Of a stretch of 35,956 nt of DNA, positions 1-13,600 are shown in pieces. The stretch spans positions 1-35,956 of the forward strand of contig JADIIX010000184.1 of assembly GCA_027604505.1 (NCBI GenBank), in the 5' to 3' direction. Under the pieces are notes generated by a model, which was not told the origin of the DNA, did no database searches, and saw only the letters and a program-made list of their open reading frames with translations. Every line of letters starts with the position of its first letter. Position 1 is the stretch's first letter. Source of the DNA: Gonapodya sp. JEL0774 (Eukaryota). The translations under genes and the position numbers were made by a program.

Positions 1-115
1 CGCGAGTTGGCACAAATTTGAGCGAGCGAGTTACGAGTTGACTATTTCTACAACTGAGCGAGCGAGTTACGAGTAGCACTAAAATGAGCGAGTTACTAGC
101 TCGCTCACAGCTTTA
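1..115. repeat. Short direct repeats of TGAGCGAG(CGAG)TTAC ending in an inverted copy; possible subterminal end of a DNA transposon/MITE
   Basis: TGAGCGAGCGAGTTACGAGT at ~19-38 and ~55-74. TGAGCGAG-TTACTAG-CTCGCTCA inverted pair at 85-107. The partner end is not in the window. Confidence 0.4.
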
Positions 116-1233
116 TTTGTAAACAACAAGCCGCGCGTGGGAAAGCACTCCCAACTTGCATCAAGGGGAAAACCCCACGCGGGACTCTGGGGAATCCCCG
201 CGGCTGCGCCGTAGGAAACCCCTCTGGGGGTTTGCTGGCGCAAACCCCCGGTAACGACCAATTTGCCGGCACTCTCATGCTAAAATAAATGGTCGGAAGA
301 AATTCAAATATTCTGCAGCATTTTCAATATGCCCAAGCCTCCCAACCCTCAAAAGTCTTCACAAATCTTGCTGATCTCTGAACCACACCCACTGAAAGCC
401 ATCAACTCTTGATCGCAGATGAAAACGGACGACACAATCTCAATCTACGGATGCACTTCTAGAATGGCGGATGGTGCCCGCTCTCGTCAGTTCTCTTCCC
501 GACAAGGTCACGGCAAACAGGAAGAAGATCAATACAGCCGCGCCAACCATGAGACTGCGATGACGGAATTTATAGCACGTGACTATGTGCTGAGACAGTG
601 GTGAGTTTGGCTCCCTCCCCGAACGAATGAGTGAATATAATGTTTAAATTTCATAATGTTGTTCACGACCGATTTCGTCAAACGCGAACCCCAGCTCACC
701 CCCAACTTCACATGTGTGTAATCTTGGCTTCCCAGGTGCAGTGCTGATTGCTCAGAGATGGACTTCCCGTCGTGATTCTAACGAAACTGAGCTCTCTGTT
801 GAAAGTCTCAGATATAGTCAATACGTGCCTCTTGGTAAGTTTCCTGCGACAAGTCAAGACTCCGGTACGTTCGCTAACCCGCGGCTGTCTCTTTTGTGAA
901 AGGCTTGAATTTGCTCCCGAAATGGTTTTTGTTGAACACTCAGTTGTGGGAATGTCATGTGTTGTGAGTCACTGTGGATCAGTGATCGTATTGTGCACAA
1001 TAACGGCGTTTACATCGCTTTGCTCTCCCTTTTTCATCGCGGATTAGTTGCCTCTTGGCATGCCAAAAGGCCAATGATTTTGTCGTCGTTTGTTAAATGT
1101 CTGATTATGTGAGTACTGTGCCGTGGATCGTCACCTGCTGTCTGGTAGAGTTGAACTCGTACAGCTGCCCTTTAATGCTACAGTCATGTATTTCGTAACA
1201 TGTGATATTGCATAATAAACTCGATCGAAATTG

Positions 1234-1433
1234 AATTACCATTGGCAGAGCGTGGAAATTGAAACTGAGATTTACCAACCTTGGAACTCCACCGGTTTAC
1301 CCACGCCAGCTACCATCCCTTGTATTACCCAGGAGTGGGTGGGGCCGGGCTACCAGCGTATGGTAATGGCATGGTAAACGTAGTGGTAATCGGCCGAATA
1401 CCACTAATGGTAATACATGAAAATTTTCCAGTG
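1234..1433. repeat. TACC/GGTA-rich segment with a 26-bp near-palindrome; possible MITE remnant
   Basis: TTACC motifs in the left half and TGGTAA motifs in the right half. TAGTGGTA-A-TCGGCCGA-A-TACCACTA at 1381-1406. Ends TTTTCCAGTG (reverse complement CACTGGAAAA). Confidence 0.3.
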
Positions 1434-1666
1434 AGCTAGCGACAGGGCAACAACGAGGAGGATGGAGGAAGCCTTTTCAGGGGGGAATCCGCGACGGAGA
1501 CTCGATAGATGAGCGCACTAGCTGCGAACGGCAGCTGGATAACCCCGTTGCGTTTTAATACCGTACTGTTGACTAAGACTTGTTTGGAGCCTCACAAACG
1601 TTACGGCAGGCTCGCAGGCTGGTAATCAAGTGAAGACAACCGTATTAACAAAGACGTCGATTCCGA

Positions 1667-4600
1667 ATGGCGTCCAAGAAGAAGAAGAGACGGTGAGGGG
1701 TTTAAAGGAGCGCGATAAGTTTCGACTGTGACGCGAAACGAGATGGAGACCTGACGTCTGTTCCAACCATGGCACCGTTTATGAACGAATACATCGAACG
1801 ACCTGGTGGCCTCATGGCTGGCGGGAGATACTAGGGAGTTGGAGATGCTGTCACTGCGAGTTCATTCTATCATTGGGAAGAGCGACGGGAGTGATGTTGA
1901 CATTGTGGACTTTGCTGGGAGTGGGAGCTTGGCAATGAGGTATGTTGTCACTGCAACACACACACGCTGCGACAGACTCACACAGACTGTCCTGCCGCAG
2001 CACGCAGCCACATTCCATTGTGCCCGCAGCGTCTGTGCCACCACTTCCTCGTCCACATCCCGCAGTTGCCGCACATCCCCCACAACCTCCCCTCCCACCG
2101 TCCCCTTCCCACCTGCACTCGACACTCGCAGCTCCACGCAGAGTCCGCCTGGTCCATGCACACAAACCTCCATCCCCTTCTTCCACACTCTCCACAACTC
2201 AGCGCTCTCTCGTCTCCTCAGCTGGTCTTGCACCACACTCGCACCACGTGACTCTCCACAACCACAACACCTCCGCTCTGGCCACAGCTGCTCTCTCAAC
2301 TCGTCCCAACTCTTTTCGCTCCCACACCGCGCTTCTTTCCGCCGCATCTCCAGCCTCGACCTCCTCTTCCCGCTCCCTTCTCTCACCGCTCTCTCAGCAC
2401 CCCCCTCGCATCCTCATCGACTCGCACTCGCACCCAAACCATCTTGCTCCCTCTCTCTCTCTGTCCTTCCCTGCATCCGTGCTTTCTATCCATTCCTCCT
2501 CTTTCTCTTCCGTCCCTGACCGTCCCAACCCCTCCATTGCATCTTCTTCCTCACTCTCCCTCTCCCCCGCATCCCCTTCATCTTCTCCCTCTCACAGCTC
2601 GTCAAACACCATCTCATCTCGCTCTCCGTTGCCACCTCTCCCTTCATCCGCTCACTCATCGTCCCTTTCACTCGACACCTCGGTCCTCCCTCAACCTTCA
2701 CCCCACAGTTCCTCCCTCGTTGCACCCATCCTCGCCGCAACCTCGCTTGCTCCTTCCCTCCCGCTTCCCTCTCGCCGTGCCTCCCTCTCACCCAGTTCCG
2801 TCTTGCCACCCACACCTGCACCAGCCCTTCGAGACGCTGATCTCCCCGGATCCACCTCACCCTCCCCATCCCCGTCCCGATCCCGATCCCCTTCCATCGC
2901 TCTCACACGCCGCAGATCGTCCTACCCATACGGCCTCATCGCTGGCGCGAATATCTCCACCTCCACAGGTCTGGCTCTGCGACCATTCACACCACCTCCA
3001 CCCCAGCCGACGACCTTGGAACTCCTCACCGCCCGAGTGGGCATCCAACTACCTGCTGAGTTTTTGGTGGCGTGTGGTGGGGGTGGTGAAGACACCCTGG
3101 GTGATGCCGACAAGGACTTAGATTCCGACACAGACTCACACCACACAGCGGCCCCGTCCCATCCAGTACACCCTTCCACTGACCTCTCCCCGACCCCCAT
3201 CTCCCACCCATCAGACATCGACGCCATGATGGACCGGTACGCAGCCATGTTGCAAGGCAGGATGTCCGTCGTACGTGAGGAGCGAAAGCCAGTGGAGCCG
3301 CCGGTGTTGGCCACTGGGTCCACAACGGGATTCCTCGCTGGTGGTGGTGTGGAGGGGACGAGGAGTACTGGGTTTGACCTGATCGACACCAGCGGTGTAC
3401 GAGACGGTGGACGGGGTGGAGCGCCTGACATCGGTGCGGATGGCATGGTCGAACACCTGGAAGACGACGTCGTGGCGAATGGAACCGATGTGGGTATCGG
3501 GGATGCATGTTTCGGAGCCGACCACGGGACGGGAGGCGCGGTGGCGGTCGATGGTGGCGACAGTTGTGGTCGTGGTGGTGCGCGTGAGAGAGGTAGTGAG
3601 AGTGGGAATAGACGTGGACGTATCCGCTCCACGAGCGATGCAAACGGGGCACTTGCTGTTGCCGCTTCGGTGCCCCCTGTCGATCCCGACGACACCGATG
3701 ACACCAACACAGTTGCGATTGATGCCGGATCACACATCGCTCATAATCGTGTCCTCGCCCCCTCACAAACTGTTCCTGTGGGCGGAGTGGTGAGTGGGCA
3801 CGAGGACGTGGATATGAACGTAGACAACCGGAGAGGGACGAGTACAGGTGGAAGTGGGGCATGCGCAGGTGCAGGTTGTGGGGACATCGACGAGGTGGAG
3901 CGCGGGCACAGGGATGCGGCGGAAGCACGGGACGGGGGAGGTGCGAGCGCAGGCACGCGCAATGCATCTGGATCTCGATTTCCATGTGGATGTGCATCAC
4001 CGACACGCCCACCTCCGTCCCATTCCGGCCGGACCCACCGTCACAACGAGACATCACCACACAGTACTAACGAACGTGCTCGCGTCTACCCGGGCGTCCT
4101 GTCCCCCTCGTCGCAGTCTCAGTCCCGCTCCCGATCACGCTCACAATCTCCTCCTTGGTCCCCACGTCCATCCCCGCCCGCCTCTCCCACTGTGTCCAGG
4201 ATATCTCCCGGTGTGCGCATGATGGTGGAGAAGGGGTGGAAGAGGGGAGGAATGCTCACGGGAAGCAAGTCGGGTAAAGAGATGGGAAGCAAGAGAAGTA
4301 AGATGCGGCGGAAGGGAGGGATGAGGTGGTGGATGGTCGGTGGGGCCGAGAACCAAGACCAGGACGCACTAGACGGAGATGGGCCGTCCGTCGGTAACAA
4401 GCGTGGTGGTCTCTCAGGTCTCGCAAGTCTCGTGGCGAACATGGAAGTGGCTGTGCCGTCGAGTTTGAGTCTTGACCACGTGGCGGGAACGGGCACGGGC
4501 GGCGGTGGAGGAACAGAGTGGAACGCGGACGGAAGGGGTGACGGGACGGAACCGGAATCGGCACACGCACGAGCAGCGACCCATCATTACCCGCAAATCA

Positions 4601-7600
4601 TGGACGTGTGGGGTTCCCTCTCCGGCGTAGGTACCCACCTCCTCCCCCCCTTTCAACCTTTGTTTTCGCACGGCACCCACCCATGGTGCATCTCATGGAC
4701 ACATTCCCGCGTGCCGGCCCCGCCCCCCCCGCGGCGCCCGCGGCCGGCCCGGGCGCCCCCCGGCGCCGCCCCACCCCCGCTCGGGCCGGCTCTGATGCCC
4801 AGTTTGTGGAGGGTGAGGAGTGGAGTGGGAGGGAGGGTGAGGTGGAGAGGTGGTGGGTTTGGTATTGGGAAAGGGGGTGGGAGAGGGAAAGATACCTTAC
4901 GAGGGTTAGGGAATATGGCAGACAAATGGAACCGAATAGGGGAAGAGGGAGAAACAGGAAAAGGAACAAGGGAGAACGGAGGGAATATTGGAAGCAAAAG
5001 GGGCGCGTGGCTCGGTGGGGAGCCCGGAGAGGGGGGCGAAGAGGAGTGGGAGAGCGAGAGTGAGAGCGAAGAAAGTGCGAGTGTGGAAGCGGAGGCAGAT
5101 CAGGAAAGGGGCCGCGAGGTGATCGCTGGACCAGGAGTGACTGGATCAGCTGACATGGCGACAGTTGCCGGCCCCGAGCGTGCAGCCGTTCCACCATCCA
5201 CGTCCACCGCCCCTCCCGCCCCCGACTCCACCACTCCTTCCACGACCTCGGCCGCCGCTCCACCAACACCACTCCCGACCACCACCACCCTCTACGACCG
5301 CGTCCACGACCCCGGCACGCGCACCCGGTGGTTCAGCTTGGCAGAACGGGAGAAGTACGCTACGGTGAGTGGGCCTTCTCCGTCGTTGTGAGCCGAGCAG
5401 CACTCATCATGCTGTCCTCACCGACGCACCCGACTCACACAGCTCACCGACCCGCCCCCTCTTCACGTCGACCCGGCATCACTGGATCGCCGCATCGCCG
5501 AGCTGGACGCCATTATCGGGAGCACGCCGCGGAAGCTCGTGGACGCAGGGCATTTACGAGCGAGGGCGGCGGCGGTGGCCAGGAGGGGAAGGATCGACGA
5601 GGCGGTGGAGGAGGTAGAGGAGGCGGTGGGGAGGGGTGAGTAAGAGATTGTTGCGGGGCGTTGACGACGGGAATTGATTGTGTGTCCTTTGTGGCTTGTT
5701 TGTGACGGTGCTGGTGGCATCCGCGTTGTCCAGACCCCACATCCTTGGCTTCCTACTGGCTCCTCCACCAGCTCCACCTCCTGCAACGAAATCCCACTGC
5801 CGCGCTCCACGCTCTCGACCAGCTGACCGACCGAACCAAGACGTTTGCGGCGGCGCACGTGGCAAAGGCCGTACTGGCGGAGGAACTGGGCGAGTGGAAG
5901 AGGGCGGGAAGGGAGTGGGGTCAGGTGGTCAGGTTGAAGCCAGAGGTAGCAGAAGGGTATAGAAGGAGGGCGGGGGCGTGGGAGAGGGAAGGGGTAGGTT
6001 GGGTACGGGAGTCGACTCGGATTTGTACGAGCAACGGGGCCCTAACGTCTTGAACACCGCTTATCCACCACAACCTCTACCACTCGGTTTCAACTCTCCC
6101 GCAATGTAGGATTTCGCCTCCGCCCACTCGGACTACCTCATGGTATACACCTTGGACCCCAACGACGTTACGGCCATCGACCACCTGGCCGGGCACAATT
6201 TCGACAACGAATTCTGGCAGGATGCGTTGGTGTTGATGGGGAAATTGGTCAAGATGAGACCTGACGATGTGGATCTGTGGAAGAGGAGGAGCTGGGCGTA
6301 CGCGAAGGTGGAGAGGTGGGAGGATGCGGTGGAGGTGAGGATGGTGGCACTGCCCTGTCCGGGTTGTAGCTGTGAGCAAAGCGCTTTAACACGGCCCGGT
6401 AAATGTTCCCTCGAAACGCCCAGGATATCTCCACGGCCATCCGTCTCGCCCCCTCGATGGCATCACTCTGGTTCCACCGGGGTTGCTTGCTTCGCGTTTC
6501 CAACGTTCGGCGAGCCGTCGCAGACTTGAGCGTTTCTATCCTGCTGGACGATTCGGCGGATAATGTGGACGCTTGGTTTTATAGAGGGATATGCTACGTC
6601 AAGTTGGGAGAAGAGACGTTTGAGGTGGCCATGGTGGATTTTGAAGAAGGTGGGTATGAGTGAAGGACCCAAATGTCATTTTGAGCAAGTAATTCTTACT
6701 CGAAGTCACGCCATGGTCACCGCGCTTGCTTATCAAAGTGACACGCTTGGCACCCACTCGTTCCGCACCATACATCAACCTGGCAATCCTCCACTCGCAT
6801 CCCAAGTTCGGCAACCACGAACGAGCCCTCGGGTACCTCGATCAAGCTATCCGCCTGGACCCCACCGACACCCGCACGTACGTGTTGCGAGCGGAATCGC
6901 TGTGCGCCTTGCACGAAGCACAGATCGAAGAAGAGCGCAACGCGCCGCTCACGGTGAATGAAGAGAAAACGAAAGCGACGAAGCGAAGAATAAACGCTGC
7001 GGCTGCTACGACGGTTGACTTGGGAGAGAGAGCGATCAGGGACTATTCCAAAGCGATAAGGTTGAGGCCGACAGACTATATGTTGAGGCTTTATAGAGGC
7101 CGAGTACTATTGAGTCGGAAGTGAGTTTTGGACGACGTACGATTGCGGCACGCTGTGAGTAACAAACGTCTCGTATTCTTCATGGTACAGTCTGCCTCGA
7201 TTGGCGACCAATGATTTCGAAGCAGCTTTCAAGCTGAATGAAGGTTTTGAGACACAGACTCCCATGCAGGTGTGTTTGTTATCATGTGGGACCATCCACC
7301 TCTCTTCCAGATCTCAGAGTACCTTGAACATTTCCCAGCGTGCCTTGATTCTCGCCTTTCAGCGAAAGTGGTCTGACGTAGTCCGAGAATTTGATGAAAA
7401 GGATTCTGCTCGCCAGATCAACAACGTTGCGCTGTTACGGTTGGCTGCCAAGGCAAAAGATAGAATGGAAGACTACGAAGGTAAAGACTGGGTGGGAGTC
7501 CGTGCATTATCTTTGGAAGTCCGTCAACCTCTGTCATTTCAGGTGCACTTGCTCTCCTTGATCGGGCTCTCGAACAGGCCAGCGACGATGAGATTGATCT

Positions 7601-9845
7601 CGAACGCGGATGCTGTCTTTTGAAGCTTGGCCGTCACGAAGATGCTGACGCAGCGTTTTCAAAGCGTGTCGGATCAAATGAACCGCTTTCTGCCCGAGTG
7701 AGTAACAGTCCCAAATATCCCGCTGAATCACTGTGCTATACTGCATGGTTCCTCGATGTCAGGCCCTGTACGAAAGATCGATATGTCGCGCTTCCGCTGG
7801 AAGAAAGGGTGAGGCTCTTCGGGACTTGGCGAGTTCGTTGCGCCAGGACAAGAGATCTTTTGAAGCACTGCTTACAAGGGCAGGAACTTATCTGGAGCAA
7901 GGTCGGTGAAAACTCACCACCTTTCAGCTGGGAGTATGACTTCATGTCTATCTTGCATGAGCGAAGGTGTGTACTGGAAGGGAATCGAGGACTGCGATGA
8001 GGCTTTGAAAGTGGAGCCGAGAAGTGGGAAGGCGTGAGTACCTCGTCTTTGCCTTTCTTACATACCGATGACCATTACTGTGTGGAGTTGACACCTGACT
8101 GTTTTGTTAATGGAAAATAGGCATTTTCTGAGAGGTATTCTCCAGTTCTAGTACGTCTCCCGACGCCACGGTCGACAAAAACTACTTTCTGCTTTGACAG
8201 GTGTCCTCAAGTTTAAATCGGGAGAGTGGTCGGCTGCTGTCTGGGACTTCACCAAGACTGCTCACATAAGTTCGGTTGGTGGTTGAGAATCATGAAAACA
8301 TGATCGGGAACCTCACAATAGACGTTCAACCTCCTTGACCTCCTTGATCCTAGCACCCAGCTCTCGCACTTCTGAACCGGGCCGTCTGCTATACCCGACT
8401 CAAAGATGCAAAACGTGCTATCGAAGATTATTCTGCGGTTTTGATGATTCGAGAAGATGCGGTGAGACGTCTGTAATGCTACAATCATTTGATAGACTTT
8501 ATCATTGAAGTATCCACACGATAGGTTGCGTATCGGCAACGAGGCCTCCTGTACTGGAGCGTCGGTGATGCTTCGAACGCCGTGTTGGATCTTACTGCTG
8601 CTCGGGACAACTTCCCAGGTGACGGAGAGATGCGAGGTCTCCTGGGACTTTGCCTGCAACGACTTGGACGACTTGAAGAAGCTTTGTTTGAGTTTTCGGA
8701 GGTATGTGCGTCATTATCTATTGTGGAAACTTGTAGATCAAGTGTCGCATCCGAGTTGGATTTGATGTGCGGGATCAATGTACCTAGGCAGTGACGCTTG
8801 AGACATTACGACCAAAGGCAGTCCTCTTCTGCAGTCGAGGCAATGCGTACCGCTCCGCAGGGGATGAACAACTGGCCAAGTACGCAGTCTCCAAACGTCT
8901 CATGTGATTCATTACGAATCATTTTACCTTACCTCAAAATTACAGACGTGACTACGCGCGGGCACTCCACATCCAGCCGTCAGATCCCCTCACGTACGTA
9001 AGCCTGGGACAGCTTTACCACCAAGCGGGAAGTCTCAAAAAGGTTAGCTTGGTGTCTTGAGGCGTTGCAACCCTTGTTCTAAGTCGGAAGTATACTTTCA
9101 CACCAGGCCATGCGACTATTCAGTTCGGCGATCGCAATCGATCCGAAATGCACACCTGCTTTGGAAGGAAGGGCTGGTATTTATATCGCTATACGAAATT
9201 ATCACGGTGCTTCGAGGGACATTGGCAAAGCTTTGGTGGGTTTACTTGTCGAACACAATATGATGTCCGTTCCTCACTGGACCTGTTTGGATACTTCAGG
9301 AAGTGAACCCTCAGTCCGCCGTTCTTCACAATACAAACGGAGTTTTGTGGCAAGCTCTCGGCGATAGTTCATCAGCCCTAAAGTCGTACAAGGTAGGGAC
9401 ATGTTATTTACGTCTCGTTGTATTTGTTCAGCTCAGAGCTAAATCGCGACCTTCTGTACTTCCCTTGTCAGATTGCGGTTGAAATGGATCCCAACTACCA
9501 CCTCGCTCATTTCAATATTGGGATATTGTATCTTAAACAGCGATCATTTAACAAAGCTCTCGAGTTTTTCAACAAGGTATTGTCGAGAAGTACGATTGTT
9601 TAGACTCACCATTTGTACTCATTTCGTTGCTACGATTCGCATCACAGGCTGTAGAGCTTCAACCGCACGATCACAACCTTCGAGGGAACAGAGGACTAGC
9701 GCGATACATTTTGGGAGACTGTCGTGGAGCAATGAATGACTTTCAGCAGGTGCTAGCAAACGATGCAAAGAATCGGCTGGCTTTGCAATGCGTGGAGGAG
9801 ATGCGTAGAGAGGGTTCAAACCCCAACACTTTTATAGCTGTATAG
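1667..9845 (+). CDS. TTC6: Large multi-exon tetratricopeptide-repeat protein, TTC6-like, with a long low-complexity N-terminal region (5' end uncertain)
   Basis: Spliced exons from ~5443 to 9845 give consecutive TPRs: RIDEAVEEVEEAVGRDPTSLASYWLLHQ; SMASLWFHRGCLL; AIRDYSKAIRLRPTDYMLRLYRG; GIEDCDEALKVEPRSGKAHFLRGVLK; ALLNRAVCYTRLKDAKRAIEDYSAVL; MDPNYHLAHFNIGILY; NRGLARYILGDCRGAMNDFQQVL. Stop TAG at 9843-9845. About 20 GT-AG introns (donors e.g. 5365, 5636, 7121, 8034, 8135). The TTC6 assignment is from remembered similarity. Plausible start MASKKKKR at 1667, joined to ORF 1942-5391. Confidence 0.75.
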
Positions 9846-10622
9846 CACGACGATATTCCCTATTTGTCTCCTTCTTCAATGCAATTCATATGTGTGTTCG
9901 TGCTCGTGAACGTTCTCACGAAAACATCGCGCGTCTCACAAGTCTTTCGCATTGCCATCATGAACGATCCTGTGATTTGACAGACCCGTAGAGGATGAAA
10001 TGGAACAATCTGGACTCACAATGATGAGAGATAACCAAAACTCGCACTGCTCAAATCTCTGATACTGCCCATACCATTATTACACAGCGTACTGTTGTGT
10101 CACCGTGACGGTCCCGGGGGGCCGGACGTAGTCTCGAATATTCCTATGTATATTGTTGGTTTCTCTAGTGCATGTGGGTATTATACTAGTCTGTGGCCAC
10201 CCAGTGGGTTAGATGTCACGCGTACACAATAGTACTACTCGGGCGAGGATCAATTTCTGTACTCGCGATCTATGATGCTTTTGCAGCGATGTTACTGCTC
10301 ATGGCACCTTTCATTCGCTTGTTTTGATGGTCGTCCGCGGACTCGGATTCAAAAGATCGACCTCACTATGGGATATCTGGGAAAAGATGCCGGCATCCGG
10401 CATCTTACTGATCAGTTGGCGGGTAATGAGCACATTAATTAGCAAAAGGTCAGCTTTCATTGTTACTACGACGAGAAACCACTTGACGTGCTTTGACTTC
10501 CGACAGACTACATGTGAATGCGACTTTTAAAACGAAATATCCAAAGAACAATAACGCTTAGCCTCCAGCGCTGGTACTCGTGGTGGCTGCTGTCATTTTA
10601 TTATTCCAGTGTGACTCAGGAG

Positions 10623-13600
10623 TCAGAGTCCAAGTCCAGTCATTGTGGATGGAAGAGGATAACCCGAAACGACATGAAGCCAGTCTGGATGGATTTGAAG
10701 ACCAACGAGCCGAGTCCTTTGAAGATCTGGATCACGTGTGAAGTTGAAAGGTGACGGTGAACGAGTTTGTGTGTTCTCTGTCGGCAGGCGATAAATATTG
10801 GTTACGAGCGTGAAGAAATAACAAATCTGTTGAGATCTCCTGTAAAAACTCACGATGATCATGCTCAATCGCACTGTCAGAGCATACCGCAAGATCCTTC
10901 GAGACCGTACCGGAGTAAGCGGTGGAGCTTTTGACTCGATCGAAGCTCGAAGCGACAGAACGAGTTCTGTGAATTGAGCTTCTGGGTGACTTAGAACAAG
11001 ATCTGCTCATGGCAACAAAGCGCTTGGTGATTTCAAGTTGGTTGCTACTACGATCGCTAGCGGATTCAGATATTGATCGCCAGCGGTTGTTTGCTGTTGA
11101 CGGAGGACTGTCGTGACTATAATTTCGACGCCTGTAATCGCACATCCGTCGCGTGAAGGACCAATACGTAAGACATCAAATCAAATAACAAGAGATCACA
11201 TACCGAGTCATAGTATCTCCGATATTCATTGCTTGATCCTCAAACTGACGTTTTGGATCCTTGTTGCTTCTATGACGCGGGAGTAATTCGCCGTTCCCAT
11301 GAGCGAACCAGCATCGTGGTCCAAAGCGACTATAATGAATCTGGTTGGTGTGGTCCTCATAATGCTGATTACTATCAAGACACAAACCAGTTGCCCGAGG
11401 CATTATGACTACAAAGTTCCGTTTTGAAGTCCGGGGCAACTGCGCAGAGTTCTCCGAATGGGCTGGAAATATACAGCAAACAGATTCTGCCGTCAGAAAT
11501 ATTCATTCCATATCATCACAGTTCTCGGTTGCCATGATACACGTACCAGTATCGCTCCTCTCCAACCTGCGACATGTGTTTGCAAATCTACGTAAATATA
11601 AAAGTTCACGATGTAAACATAGGGTAATAGGTTTCATTCTCTTTACCGGATATGGTTGAGGAATTGAGCGGCCTCTGCCGAAGTATGAGGATGCCTTCGT
11701 ATCACCTAAAATAGTAACGTGCGGCCACAATTTGTGAGCAACCAGATGTTGGAAACAGCAAGCGCACTTGAGGTGGAGATAGTCTCTGTCAGCCGAGTTT
11801 GCAATTGCTCACCAATACTGTGAGATAAAATCGTAGTGCCCTGCGGTCCTTGAATCGGTCTTTGAGATCTGAGATCGACTTGGTCATGATGGTATCTGCA
11901 GTGTGATCCAAAAGGACTACCCGAGATGTGAACGGAACCGTTTCGGCGTTCTCATTTTGATACCAGACGACACCATAGTTGATAAATTGTGCTGCTCACC
12001 ACATTCGTCCTTCTCTGGAGTATCCACACTTGATCTCCTTGTAGTTTTCCATTTGCGACACAGAAGGTTCAAGAAGTTGGCTATAACTATGGGCGAACCA
12101 ACAGTTTTCGCCATGGTTGCTTCATACCATATGCATTCCAAAGACGCAAATGACAGATCGTTTCAGCGCATGACGGATAACCTCCCTCACAAACATAGCG
12201 TTGGTTGTTTGGAACGCACCAAGTCTCTCTCTCCATAAAAGTCCGGCATAACGCAGTTTTGGGCTCCAAAAACCATGCACATCTGCTCCCAAAAGGACTG
12301 CATGCACGGAATTACGTGAACATAGAGTTTCTCTAGATCCATAATGGTAAAGAGATTATCTTACCAGTGGCTCCATCCTGTTAAGTTCATGTGTTCACAC
12401 TGGATGGCAGGCATGCAGGTTTAAATCACACCATACAAGTTGCTATTGAGTTGAGCTCACTGTTGGTGCTCTCTGTTCCGCGTTAACCATCCGCCGGCCG
12501 CCTTGCAAAGTGTAGGATGGGTCGATTGACTTCGAATGGCTGGAGGTTGACATGTCCCCATTCAAATGTCCTCCAACTTGAAGGACTTCGGACGTTTTAT
12601 TATTACTGTGGGCTTGCCGTGACTCCCGTCGTCGATTTGGAATTCCCAAACCTTCGATCCGACGAGTTCTCCCAGGACCTGCACCAGCCGATCGCTCTGC
12701 AGGGACAGCATTAGCACTGGAAGCTTGTGTTTCTTCAGTCTCAAAAACGTTTCGGGAGATGGCCCGATCCTGCCCGAACGCCGCAGAGGTCACGGGGAAA
12801 CGCAGTGGCATCTTCCTCGACGTGGAGTTGCTATCATCTGAGTTTGCTCGGAGGGGAATTGATTCTTCTACCGCTATCACGCTCTGTTCGACTTGGATTC
12901 CCCATGCTGACGCCGCCTCTGGGAAGTCACATTCGTTGCGCGTGTTGCCCTCGGTACATTCTTCTTTAACTTGAGGTGAATCCACCACGATAACGGTGTC
13001 TACACAAGCCAACAAATTTGCGTGCTCAGGTGCCGCATTACTGACTTCATGTTTAACTTGGGGTAAAATATCTCTGGAAGGTAACAAGTCCTCCTTCGGG
13101 CGATTGGTGGATGTAAACCGGATTGGTGACGGCGACCAACCAAACAGGCGACCAAAACGGCGATCAGCACGAATTTCCTTCCTTTGAATCGCTGATTGTG
13201 GTACAGATTGTCCTTTGGGGTGCGACGCCTCGGCGGGAGTAAATGTTCCAGTTTTGGGAGATGAGATCTCATTGACTGATATACCACTCGTAGATTCTGC
13301 ACCGTTACTATGCAGAAAGGGACAGAAAAAGCCCCGAGCACTTGTTTGAGGACAGATGGCAGTTGAGATGATACAGTCGGAAGATGACATTGTGATAAAC
13401 GACGATAAATTCCGCGTGACGTCAGTACTCCTTCTTGCTAGTATTACAGCTCACCAATTCCCAGTTCTGGCCCATTCGGCGCAACGAGTAGACTTCCATG
13501 GTATAGCTTGCTGACAATCTTTTCCCCAGTTGCTGATGCGATGTGACGAGGAAGGAAGGAGTGAAATGATGAGGTAATGAGACGAATGCCGAACGGGGTA

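Noticed and set aside
1400..1800. RFX X-box upstream of the TTC6-like gene
   Set aside because: Only half-sites (GGCAAC) seen; no convincing full motif.
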